From an uncultured Verrucomicrobiae bacterium (GTDB lineage Bacteria > Verrucomicrobiota > Verrucomicrobiia > Chthoniobacterales > UBA10450), in the NCBI GenBank assembly GCA_963726745.1, contig CAVSDR010000004.1:256001-320000 (forward strand): a DNA stretch of 64,000 nucleotides. The letters are read 5' to 3'. Shown here piece by piece: positions 56,101 through 64,000 of the stretch (position 1 is its first letter; each line of letters opens with the position of its first letter). The position numbers were made by a program, and so were the translations under genes. Under the pieces are notes generated by a model. It saw only the letters and a program-made list of their open reading frames with translations, ran no database searches and had not been told where the DNA came from.

Positions 56101-58074
56101 TTTGTAGAATCGGATCCGGAAATCATTCAACGGATTGGGCGGGCCGCCGCCATTGCGCGTCCACGTGAAGGCGGGCGGCGTCGCGCCCGCGTTGAAATTA
56201 TCCGCCGGCGCCGTCAACTCCGGCGCGATCATCGCCTGGCCGAAGAGCCCGCCCACGACGGTTTTTTGCTGCGTGCTCAAGGTGGCGGCGATCGCTTCCC
56301 AGGCTGCGCCGATCGTCTTCACGGCCGCGCTCTTGAAAGCGTTAAAGAGGAACTTGTCGCCAAAAGTCGACTGGTCGGCGCCGTCGCCGGCTGCGTCGAA
56401 CAAATCCCAAAGCGACGACATCGTGGAGACCTCGTCGTCCTCGCCGACGCCCGCGTTCGTCTCGAGGTCGATGTTGTTCGTCGAATCTTCCGTGTCGGTG
56501 TATCTTGTGTCGCCCACGTTCGGCACCATCAAGCCGGCTGCGCCCGAGACGTTCTGCCCCGAGGTCCCGAAAAATGTCGGCCAGCCTTCGCCCCAGGCGA
56601 GGCGAACGCCCACGTCTTTGCTCCCGCGGGTCTGCGCGAGGTGGGTATTGAAGGAGTGCCGGCCGCCGGGATTCGCCTGGAAGCCGTGGATGTTTTGGAA
56701 GTAATGCCCGTACTCGTGGTGGATCACATCCCAGTCGAAGCGATCGAGCTTCAGGATGTGGAGCTGCTTTACCCCGGAATCGAAGAGCGAGGTCGAGCGC
56801 GTCGTCGGGAAACGCACGTCCACCTGCGATGGCGCCGTGCCTGCGAGGCCGCCGGCGTAGCTCCCGATCATCACCAGCGCGTGGTGCACCCCGAAGACGG
56901 TCTCGTTATCGGCCGCGTTCCCCGCGGTCAGATTGATCGTTAGGCTGGAGCCGTCCGCGACTTCGTTTGTCGTCGGCGAAGTCATCGCGTAGGTCTCGGC
57001 CCCGGCCGCGTCGGGCTTGATGTCGCCGATCGGCGAACGCGCGAGCACGCGCACGAAGATGTCCGGATTGCCCTGCAGGGGGCCGTCGTCGTGGGTGAAG
57101 GTTGCTGTGTAATTGCCCGCCGCATTCGTCATCACCGTAGTGATCAACTCCGAGCCGACGACGTCTTCATCGCGGATCTCGACCGTCGCCATCGGCACGC
57201 CGTGAGTCTTCCCGCCCTTGTCGGTCCAGAGCACTTTGCCGCTCACCGTGATCGTGACCGGCGCCGCGGGCGAGGCGCTGGTTTTTGGCGGCGCCACCGC
57301 GCTCGCCGGCAAAGCCGAGGGGATCACGGCGATCGCCTGCTGCAGGCGTTCTTCGGCCACGGTCATCCGTTCGCGGCTCAAGGGCCGCGCGTCCGCCGGC
57401 ACCGCCGCGGTCACCACCGCCTCCATCGCTGCGCGCGCGCCCACGGCATCGAGTTCGCCAGTCGCGGCCAGCGTTTGCGCGCGCCAGAGAAGCAGGTCGG
57501 TGTAGCTCGAGTAGCTCCCCCACAGACGCCGGCCCTCGGCCAGCGCGTAAAGATCCACCCGCCGCAAGTGCAGCACGTTGCCTTTCACATCCAGCGCCTC
57601 GGCAATGATCTGCGCGCGGCCGTTGCCTGCACCGCGTATCGGCAAGGCGGCCTGCACCGTGCGCGTGGCCCCGGCGGTCCAGGGTCCGCCTAACGAGAGG
57701 ACGCGCTCGCCATTGGCCAGCACCCCTTCGCCGCTGGTCCGGATGCGCACCGAAGCGGCGTCGGCGTCCAACGCCACGGTCAAGGAGGCCGGCAATTCCC
57801 CCCTCTCCACCGCCCCGTCCCACGAGGCTTCCACCTGAAGCGAGAGCGGGCCCTTGGCCGAGCAATCGATCGATTCGTTAGGCAAATGCGGCCGTGCACT
57901 CGTTAGGCCTGGACCCGGCGGACGCGGCGGCGGCGGGGCGGCAGCAGCTGATGGCAGCGTGGCGAGAACGAGACCCAATGGGAGCAGTGCTACCAGGCAG
58001 CGCTGCGCGCGAGTTGACCGACGGGCGCGAAACAGGAAGAGACCCAACGCCCACGAAACCGGGGGGAGTTTCAT
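53155..58074 (-). CDS. Large secreted multidomain protein: zinc-metalloprotease-like domain, vWA, PPC-like, three Ig/IPT-like repeats, tandem NLSTR-type C-terminal domain
   Basis: 'HHEYGH' plus 'WGEGW'; 'FVIDDTGSM' and 'GGGDCPE'; 'DAADYFQV'; three 'G.GI.V.S..V...T...V.V...A..GFR' repeats; 'LLNLSSR' and 'LSNISTR'. Confidence 0.8.
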   Translation of the reverse strand: MKLPPVSWALGLFLFRARRSTRAQRCLVALLPLGLVLATLPSAAAAPPPPRPPGPGLTSARPHLPNESIDCSAKGPLSLQVEASWDGAVERGELPASLTVALDADAASVRIRTSGEGVLANGERVLSLGGPWTAGATRTVQAALPIRGAGNGRAQIIAEALDVKGNVLHLRRVDLYALAEGRRLWGSYSSYTDLLLWRAQTLAATGELDAVGARAAMEAVVTAAVPADARPLSRERMTVAEERLQQAIAVIPSALPASAVAPPKTSASPAAPVTITVSGKVLWTDKGGKTHGVPMATVEIRDEDVVGSELITTVMTNAAGNYTATFTHDDGPLQGNPDIFVRVLARSPIGDIKPDAAGAETYAMTSPTTNEVADGSSLTINLTAGNAADNETVFGVHHALVMIGSYAGGLAGTAPSQVDVRFPTTRSTSLFDSGVKQLHILKLDRFDWDVIHHEYGHYFQNIHGFQANPGGRHSFNTHLAQTRGSKDVGVRLAWGEGWPTFFGTSGQNVSGAAGLMVPNVGDTRYTDTEDSTNNIDLETNAGVGEDDEVSTMSSLWDLFDAAGDGADQSTFGDKFLFNAFKSAAVKTIGAAWEAIAATLSTQQKTVVGGLFGQAMIAPELTAPADNFNAGATPPAFTWTRNGGGPPNPLNDFRIRFYKNDFSSIIFEKELGNVTTFTPSMAEWATIVGGDSVVKWVVEGKNTSAPVTPGGTLDHYWSRARSIGGISIIFVIDDTGSMGEEIAGVRSALQSFIDAVAARGGTPPTIQLITFKDNVTTRITSNNLDAVRSAVAALFASGGGDCPEAGAQALQVAAGNISPGGTILFATDASSQPGVDNGAVVAQLRAKRVTMNTVLSGDCVGIMAGATLNPPQAEDAAPATPQIQFVSGAGATRFGIYPSKPGDDDPGQDPIVDPGQPPPDEGGDTPATATTLLVNQEEVRGLVGLAPDAADYFQVHLEAGRPYAVTAFLEGGTTPLVTLYDTDGTTFITSGSPFSSRPAQLTFRPTVSGDYFVAVTRSTSSTPSAYRLKVAEDAFAFLTSAVQLFSTMSAETGGAFIVRDDVNTGARTEYEAALFNIMSSTLGPSVLQADSDNLPQGTMLAIELVGRGTNWRTGSTVSFAGTGIDVVSVTVSTATRLTVLVNVDASATLGFRDVTVQTPLGSATETAAGRDLVEIVPEITAPTLLSVEPNAVSQNTAQKVTVRGINTAWKDTSMLSLGDGITITSRTVLSPTLIEAMVEVDPSARIGFRAADVTTDGATEDKQRALFVNSSVAVVPQLIGALPNAGERGQVLDVDVTGSNTSFVNGTTTASFGDGITVLSVTVTDATHAKVRISIASGAAIGFRSILLTTGGEVATLIDGFFVAEATIVQGAPLLNLSSRLCVLTADKVGIGGFIITGGEPKKVIIRGLGQTLSGRGLSTVLADPLLKLYAGGTLVAMNDNWKDSQQLEIENSMLAPTHDSESAIVATLDPGAYTAVLSGAHNTTGIGLVEVFDLGTASSARLSNISTRCFVGSGDEVLIAGLIVGPGGSGVSKVILRARGPSLASSGLTGLLADPTMQVYNAAGDVIASNDDWKDVAQADIEGTGLAPTDDRESALIFNFMPGPSTAIVRGKNGGTGVGIVEVFALTSASTPPTAIVRP

Positions 58075-58188
58075 AGCCCCGCCATGTTGCAGCCGAGGCC
58101 CCTTCACCTGACAAGCTAATTTTTCGCGCCGCCGCCGCGCGGTCCATGCTTAGCGGGAGAAGCTAGAAATTTCCGCAAAGAACTCCGC

Positions 58189-58707
58189 CTAGGGCCGCGG
58201 AAAATACGCCAGCGAGACCGACGCCGCCTTTTGACCCGCCAGCCGGCTCAGTTCCCGCAGGAGCGGGTCCACCTTGCTCTCGTTAGTCAAAGGCGTCTCC
58301 CACTGCACCGCGGTGCGCGCAGCCGCCCCGCCCGCGACGATCTCCAGCCGCCGCTCGCCAAAATCGAAGACCTGTCCCTCGCGTTTTGCGGGCTGGAAAT
58401 GTTGCAGGTTATTTGCCCGCACGATCTCCCAAAGCTTCCGATATTCCGCTTCCGAAAGCATCGCCTGCGCTTCCTCCGCGACGGCGCCTTCGCTCCCCCG
58501 CCGGACCGCGAGGGTGCCGCTCTTGCCATCCCAACTCGCTTTCACCGTCTCCGTCGGTGCCCCGGGTTTGCCCGGCGTAATGCTGGCCACGATCTCCGCC
58601 GGCACCGGCAACGCCGCGTCGTCGCCAAATCCACAGGAAGGCAGCAACAAAAGCGCGGCGGCCAGCGCAGCGAGCCGACAATCAGCGCGACGTGTGGTGT
58701 GATGCAT
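58189..58707 (-). CDS. Putative lipoprotein
   Basis: Lipobox-like 'LLLPSC'; lies immediately upstream of the protease/vWA gene. Confidence 0.6.
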   Translation of the reverse strand: MHHTTRRADCRLAALAAALLLLPSCGFGDDAALPVPAEIVASITPGKPGAPTETVKASWDGKSGTLAVRRGSEGAVAEEAQAMLSEAEYRKLWEIVRANNLQHFQPAKREGQVFDFGERRLEIVAGGAAARTAVQWETPLTNESKVDPLLRELSRLAGQKAASVSLAYFPRP

Positions 58708-58788
58708 CGGAGCCTCCCCGATCCTGCCTCTTCCCGCGCCCCGTGGTAAAGGACAGACTTCGGCGGCCTCGCGCACCGCCCTGTCGGC

Positions 58789-60087
58789 TCAGCGCGCTGT
58801 CTGTTTTTCCACTCGGCCCGCTTTCATGACAAAGGCGACGCGCTCGGTCACGGTGATGTCGCTCGTGGGATCGCCCGGGAGCGCGATGATGTCGGCTGTT
58901 TTTCCTTTCTCAAGCGTGCCGGTGGTGGCGGCGATGCCTAACAAGTCAGCGGCGACGGAGGTGGCCGCGCGGAGGGCATCGATCGGCGTCATCCCAAAGC
59001 TGGTCATGAGCGCGAATTCCTTCGCGTTTTCTCCATGCGGGAAGACGCCGGCATCCGTCCCGAAAGCAATCTTCACCCCCAGCTGGACCGCGTTGCGAAA
59101 CATCTCGCTGCGCGCGGCCGCGGCGGCTTTCGCCTTTTCCTGGATCGCGGGCGGATAGGCAGCAATCTTGCCCATGATGTATTCCGTCGCCTCGAGCGTG
59201 GCCACGAGGTAGGTCCCTTTCGCTTTCATTAGGGCGAGCGTGTCCTTCTTCAAAAACGAGCCGTGCTCGATCGAGTCCACGCCGGCGTTGATCGCTTCCT
59301 TGGCCGCGCTGTCGCCGTGGCAATGCACCGCCACCTTCTTCCGCAGCCGGTGCGTCTCGCTCACCAACATCGCGATTTCATCCGGCGCAAGCTGCGGCAC
59401 GTCGACCTCGTCCTTCATCGAGAGGACGCCGCCAGAGACCGCCGCCTTGATCACATCCGCGCCGTTCTTGATCTGGTAGCGCACGGCCTTGCGGATCGCC
59501 TCGGGGCCGTCGGCAATGCCATCGAGCTCATTCGGCTCGCGGCCGAAGAGCGCGTCGCGGAAGCCGTTGGTGTCGTCAAAGTGGCCGCCGGTGGCGCCGA
59601 TCCCCTTGGTCGCGGCGAGCATGCGCGGTCCGCGCACGAGGCCCTTCTCAATCGCGTCGCGCAGGGCCACGTCGAGGAACGCCTTGCTTCCGACATCGCG
59701 CACGGTGGTGAAGCCGGCCTCCAGCGTTTTCGCCGCGTTCGGGATCGCCTCAAACGCGGAGAGCGGCACGCTCGTCTCGAGCTCGTTCAGGCGGCGCTCG
59801 TTGTAGGGGCGCGAGAAGTCGGAAGTGAGATGCGTGTGCGCATCGATGAAGCCAGGCGAAAGCGTGGCGTCGCCGAGGTCGATCACTTGCGCGCCCGGCG
59901 GAATGGCGAGATTCGCGCCGGCGTCCACGATCTTGCCGTTCTCCACCAGGACAACCGCGTTCTGCACCAGCCCGGGCGATTTGCCGTCAAACATCCGCGC
60001 CGCTTTCAGCGCAATCACGTCGGCTGCGCGAGCCGTTGGAAGCTGGAGGAGCAAAGTGAGAGCGACGAGGCTGGTGGCGATTTTCAT
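58789..60087 (-). CDS. Secreted metal-dependent amidohydrolase (Xaa-Pro dipeptidase-like)
   Basis: 'PGFIDAHTH', 'GFTTVRD', 'HCHG', 'SIEHG', 'FGTDAG'. Confidence 0.9.
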   Translation of the reverse strand: MKIATSLVALTLLLQLPTARAADVIALKAARMFDGKSPGLVQNAVVLVENGKIVDAGANLAIPPGAQVIDLGDATLSPGFIDAHTHLTSDFSRPYNERRLNELETSVPLSAFEAIPNAAKTLEAGFTTVRDVGSKAFLDVALRDAIEKGLVRGPRMLAATKGIGATGGHFDDTNGFRDALFGREPNELDGIADGPEAIRKAVRYQIKNGADVIKAAVSGGVLSMKDEVDVPQLAPDEIAMLVSETHRLRKKVAVHCHGDSAAKEAINAGVDSIEHGSFLKKDTLALMKAKGTYLVATLEATEYIMGKIAAYPPAIQEKAKAAAAARSEMFRNAVQLGVKIAFGTDAGVFPHGENAKEFALMTSFGMTPIDALRAATSVAADLLGIAATTGTLEKGKTADIIALPGDPTSDITVTERVAFVMKAGRVEKQTAR

Positions 60088-60179
60088 GTGCGCAATACAA
60101 TCGGGCGCCAACGGGACGGCGCGTGGATTTTGTCGCTCGCCATTTCCGGCCGGAAGCAGTTCGATGCCTCCTTTCGTCC

Positions 60180-61835
60180 ATGAAAACCTTCCTCTGTTCT
60201 CTCCTCCTGGCGCTTTCCTTGGTCTCGTTAGGGCAGGCGACGCCGGACAAAGCGCTGGCTAAATTAGCCGACGACTTCTGGACCTGGCGCGTGGCGACCG
60301 CGCCCTTCAGCGGCGACGACGTTAACCGCATGGAGCGCCCCGGCGGCCCGCGCGATTGGTCGGCCGCGGCGATCGCGCAACGGAAGGCGAAGCTGGCGGA
60401 ATTTGACGCGCGCTGGAAGCAGCTCGAGCCCGCCAGCTGGCCCATCCCTGAGCAGGTCGACTATCGCCTGATCGGCTCGGCCCTCGCGCGGGTGCGCTGG
60501 GAACTGGAGATCAATCCGCGCTGGCAGCGCGACCCGCTGTTCTATCTCGACCAGACACTGACCGCGCTGGCCGAGGCGCTCACGGTCCCGGCGCCGTTCG
60601 ATGAAACCCGCAGCCGCGAGGTGCTTGCACGTCTGGAGAACATCCCCGCGATCCTGGCGGATGGGAGGGCGAACTTGCAGGATCCGCCCGCGCCTTTCGC
60701 CCGCTCCGCAATCGCCGCGCTCGAGGGCGTGACCGCGCGCCTGACCGAAGGAGTGCGCGCGCTGCAGCCTGCAACCACGCTCTCAGGCGATCGGCTAACG
60801 AGTGCTGCTGCCAAAGCGGCCGACGCGCTCGAGCAATACCGCGCCCACCTGCAGGAGCTGCTGCCGTCGTTGCCCGAAAGAACCGCAGTTGGCCGCGAGG
60901 CCTACCTGTTCTTCCTGCGCAACGTCGCGCTCTATCCATTCACCCCGGAGGAGATCCTGGCGATGGGCCGGCAGGAATGGAATCGCGCGGTCGCTTTCGA
61001 AACCTACGAGCGCGAGCGCAACCGCGCCGTCCCGCCGCTGAAAATAGCCGACAACCTGGAGAAGTGGATCAAGGAAACGGCCGCCCGCGAAGAGCAGATC
61101 CGCGCATTCCTCCCGGCGCACAACCTTCTCACGGTGCCGGAGTGGATGCAGCACTACACCCTGCGCCCGATGCCCGCCTATCTGCGCCTCCTGAACCAGA
61201 CGGAAGCGGACGACTTCACCGGGCCGACGCGGCTCTCGGAAAATTGCGTGCGCTACGTCGAGCCGCCCTCGGGGAAGATGGGCTACTTCATGCGCGCGAC
61301 CGCGCAGGATCCGCGGCCGTTGATCGTGCACGAGGGCATTCCCGGGCACTACTTCCAGCTCGCGCTCTCGTGGAAACACGAGGACCCGATTCGTCGCCAT
61401 TATTACGACTCCGGCGCGAACGAAGGGATCGGCTTCTACGCCGAGGAGATGATGCTGCAGGCGGGGCTCTTCGACGACAGCCCGCACACGCGCGAGATCA
61501 TCTACAACTTCGCCCGGCTGCGCGCGCTCCGGGTGGAAATAGACGTCAAGCTGGCGCTCGGCGAGTTCACGCTCGAGCAGGCGGCAAAGTATCTCGAGGA
61601 GAAGGTGCCGATGGATCCTGCGACCGCCCGCAGCGAGGCGATTGCCTTTGCCTCCGGTCCCGGCCAGGCGCTCACCTACCAGATCGGGAAGCTGCAGATC
61701 ATCGGCTTCCTGGCGGACGCGAAGCTAAAGGAAGGCGAGAAGTTCAACCTGCGCGCCTTCCACGATTTCGTGTGGAAGAATGGGAACGTCCCAATCCAGC
61801 TGCAGCGCTGGGAATACCTCGGCGAAAAGCCCTGA
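60180..61835 (+). CDS. DUF885 family protein (metallopeptidase-like)
   Basis: 'HEGIPGHYFQ', 'EGIGFYAE', 'PGQALTYQIG', 'FHD'. Confidence 0.88.
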   Translation: MKTFLCSLLLALSLVSLGQATPDKALAKLADDFWTWRVATAPFSGDDVNRMERPGGPRDWSAAAIAQRKAKLAEFDARWKQLEPASWPIPEQVDYRLIGSALARVRWELEINPRWQRDPLFYLDQTLTALAEALTVPAPFDETRSREVLARLENIPAILADGRANLQDPPAPFARSAIAALEGVTARLTEGVRALQPATTLSGDRLTSAAAKAADALEQYRAHLQELLPSLPERTAVGREAYLFFLRNVALYPFTPEEILAMGRQEWNRAVAFETYERERNRAVPPLKIADNLEKWIKETAAREEQIRAFLPAHNLLTVPEWMQHYTLRPMPAYLRLLNQTEADDFTGPTRLSENCVRYVEPPSGKMGYFMRATAQDPRPLIVHEGIPGHYFQLALSWKHEDPIRRHYYDSGANEGIGFYAEEMMLQAGLFDDSPHTREIIYNFARLRALRVEIDVKLALGEFTLEQAAKYLEEKVPMDPATARSEAIAFASGPGQALTYQIGKLQIIGFLADAKLKEGEKFNLRAFHDFVWKNGNVPIQLQRWEYLGEKP

Positions 61836-61852
61836 GCTTGCTGTCTAAAAAC

Positions 61853-61893
61853 GAAAAAGCCGGTCAGGCTTGCGCGTGACCGGCTTTCGAAAA
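61853..61893. terminator. Probably bidirectional terminator between the DUF885 gene and rplK
   Basis: AAAGCCGGTCA-N10-TGACCGGCTTT flanked by A/T runs, between convergent genes. Confidence 0.8.
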
Positions 61894-61912
61894 TTTTGGT
61901 GTGACCCGCAGT

Positions 61913-62338
61913 TTAGTCGACGACTTCGAGGCCCATCTGCCGGGCGGTGCCGGCGATGATCCGGAAGCCCGCTTCGTCGGAACGCGAGTTCAGGTCTTTG
62001 CCCTTGGTCTTGACGATCTCCATGATCTGCTTGCGCGTGACTTTGCCGACCTTGGTCTTGTTCGGCTCTTTCGAACCGGCGGCAATATTCGCAGCCTTCT
62101 TCAAGAGGATCGCGGCGGGCGGGCTCTTGGTGATGAAGGTGAAGCTCTTGTCCTTGAAGACGGTGATCACGACCGGGAGGATGTCGCCGGCCTGCTTCTG
62201 GGTAGCGGCGTTAAATTCCTTGCAGAACGCCATGATGTTGACGCCCCGAGGCCCGAGCGCGGTGCCGACGGGAGGCGCCGGGTTGGCTTGGCCTGCAGGG
62301 ATCTGCAGTTTGATGTGAGCTACGATTTCTTTGGCCAT
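61913..62338 (-). CDS. rplK: 50S ribosomal protein L11
   Basis: '[16 protein letters not shown]', 'FCKEFNA'. Confidence 0.98.
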   Translation of the reverse strand: MAKEIVAHIKLQIPAGQANPAPPVGTALGPRGVNIMAFCKEFNAATQKQAGDILPVVITVFKDKSFTFITKSPPAAILLKKAANIAAGSKEPNKTKVGKVTRKQIMEIVKTKGKDLNSRSDEAGFRIIAGTARQMGLEVVD

Positions 62339-62378
62339 TTTCTTAGAAGTTGCTGGTTAAAATTTGTCCCGCGGAGTT

Positions 62379-62948
62379 CTAGCCGCGTTCGACCTGCCAA
62401 TACTCCAGCTCCACCGGGGTGGCGCGGCCGAAGATGGTCACGGACACCCGCAGCTTGCCGCGGGTCGGGTCGATTTCCTCGACGATGCCGTTCTGATTCT
62501 GGAAGGGGCCATCGGCCACTTTGACCGTCTCGCCCACTTCGAAGCTGACCTTCGGCTTGACGTTCTCTTCCCGCTCCCGCATTTGCGCGAGCATGCTCTC
62601 GACTTCCGAGGTGCGCATCGGGATCGGCTTGTCCTTGGTCCCGGCGAAACCGATCACGCCCGGGGTGTCGCGGACGAAATACCAGGTGCGGCCGACGAGC
62701 TGGTTGTCCTCGTCGAGCAGGTGCATGTTCGCGATCAGGTAGCCGGGAAAAAACTTCCGCGTGGTCTCGCTCTTCTTGCCGCGCTTAATCTCGGAGACGC
62801 GCTCCGTGGGCACGAGGACCTCGAAGACGACGTCGCTCATCTCCTCGGTCTTGACGCGCTTGACCAGGTTGTCGCGCACCTTGTTCTCCTGTCCGGAGAG
62901 CACGTGGATGACGTACCACTGATCTTTGGGGGCAAGGACGTTGGCCAT
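62379..62948 (-). CDS. nusG: Transcription termination/antitermination factor NusG
   Basis: 'WYVIHVLSGQE', 'KFFPGY', KOW motif 'GPF', 'IFGRATPVEL'. Confidence 0.97.
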   Translation of the reverse strand: MANVLAPKDQWYVIHVLSGQENKVRDNLVKRVKTEEMSDVVFEVLVPTERVSEIKRGKKSETTRKFFPGYLIANMHLLDEDNQLVGRTWYFVRDTPGVIGFAGTKDKPIPMRTSEVESMLAQMREREENVKPKVSFEVGETVKVADGPFQNQNGIVEEIDPTRGKLRVSVTIFGRATPVELEYWQVERG

Positions 62949-62951
62949 GGG

Positions 62952-63170
62952 TCAGCTCAGGCGGGTGAAAAAGTGAATGACGTTCACGAGCACGAAGTCG
63001 AACAAGGCCACGTAGCCGCCGAGCAGGAGCATCGCGATGATGACGACGAGGGTGGAATCAGTCAGCTCCTTGTAGCGCTTCATCCCTTTTTCCTTGGGAT
63101 CCCACGGCCAGGAAGCTTTCTGCAGCTCCACCTTCACTTCGTTGAAGAAGTTTTTCGATTTGGTGATCAT
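62952..63170 (-). CDS. secE: Preprotein translocase subunit SecE
   Basis: 'FFNEVKVELQKASWP' plus one TM segment; between tRNA-Trp and nusG. Confidence 0.92.
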   Translation of the reverse strand: MITKSKNFFNEVKVELQKASWPWDPKEKGMKRYKELTDSTLVVIIAMLLLGGYVALFDFVLVNVIHFFTRLS

Positions 63171-63203
63171 CTGCTGTGTTTTGCGAAAAGTGGGGAGGAA
63201 GCA

Positions 63204-63276
63204 CACGCCAGGAGGGACTCGAACCCCCAACCGACGGTTTTGGAGACCGCTACTCTACCAATTGAGCTACTGGCGT
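63204..63276 (-). tRNA. tRNA-Trp (CCA)
   Basis: ACGCCAG acceptor stem, D-arm AGCTCAATTGGTAGAG, anticodon loop CTCCAAA, T-loop GTTCGAG; 3' CCA not encoded. Confidence 0.95.
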
Positions 63277-63300
63277 AAAACTTTGGCTCCGAATGGTAAC

Positions 63301-63331
63301 GCGCTCCTGCCCGCTTGGCGAACAGGAGCGC
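63301..63331 (-). terminator. Hairpin downstream of tuf
   Basis: GCGCTCCTG...CAGGAGCGC inverted repeat; weak U-tract. Confidence 0.5.
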
Positions 63332-63344
63332 GCACCAAATTAAA

Positions 63345-64000
<656 letters not shown>

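Noticed and set aside
52120..61912. Mobile element or recent genomic island between rplK and rplA
   Set aside because: No integrase, transposase, att repeats or obvious compositional shift, and the region carries the resident motifs.
63204..63276. tRNA-Trp as an integration site
   Set aside because: It is in the canonical tuf-tRNA-Trp-secE context, and I saw no duplicated 3' end in the window.

Overview
GC-rich bacterial chromosome segment, most consistent with Verrucomicrobiota (Chthoniobacterales/Spartobacteria-like). This placement is an inference from the autotransporter-associated beta-strand repeat protein, the tandem 'NLS(T/A)R' C-terminal domains and the DUF6268-like barrels. Contents from left to right: a large PATR-repeat surface protein; an AlgI/AlgJ/AlgX/SGNH O-acylation cluster; yajC-secDF, rpsU, a yqjDEK-like trio and infA; a DCC1-LMF1 fusion, xth, a beta-CASP nuclease, nadA, proC, aroE and an epimerase; an ABC exporter flanked by two barrel genes; an MFS transporter; a divergent tandem-GlcG haem-binding protein / beta-barrel / decahaem-LVIVD cytochrome module; and the tuf-tRNA-Trp-secE-nusG-rplK...rplAJL-rpoBC cluster, in which rplK and rplA are separated by ~9.8 kb of accessory genes. 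About 15 small frameshifts, including in rpoB and secDF, look like long-read/assembly errors. The most striking signals are (1) two strongly over-represented non-palindromic 10-mers sharing a GSCTA core (GCCTAACGAG and GSCTAWTTTC), embedded without disrupting coding sequence, (2) the porin-decahaem cytochrome-GlcG module, and (3) the split rplK/rplA pair. Family assignments are from motif recognition by eye; no database searches were run.
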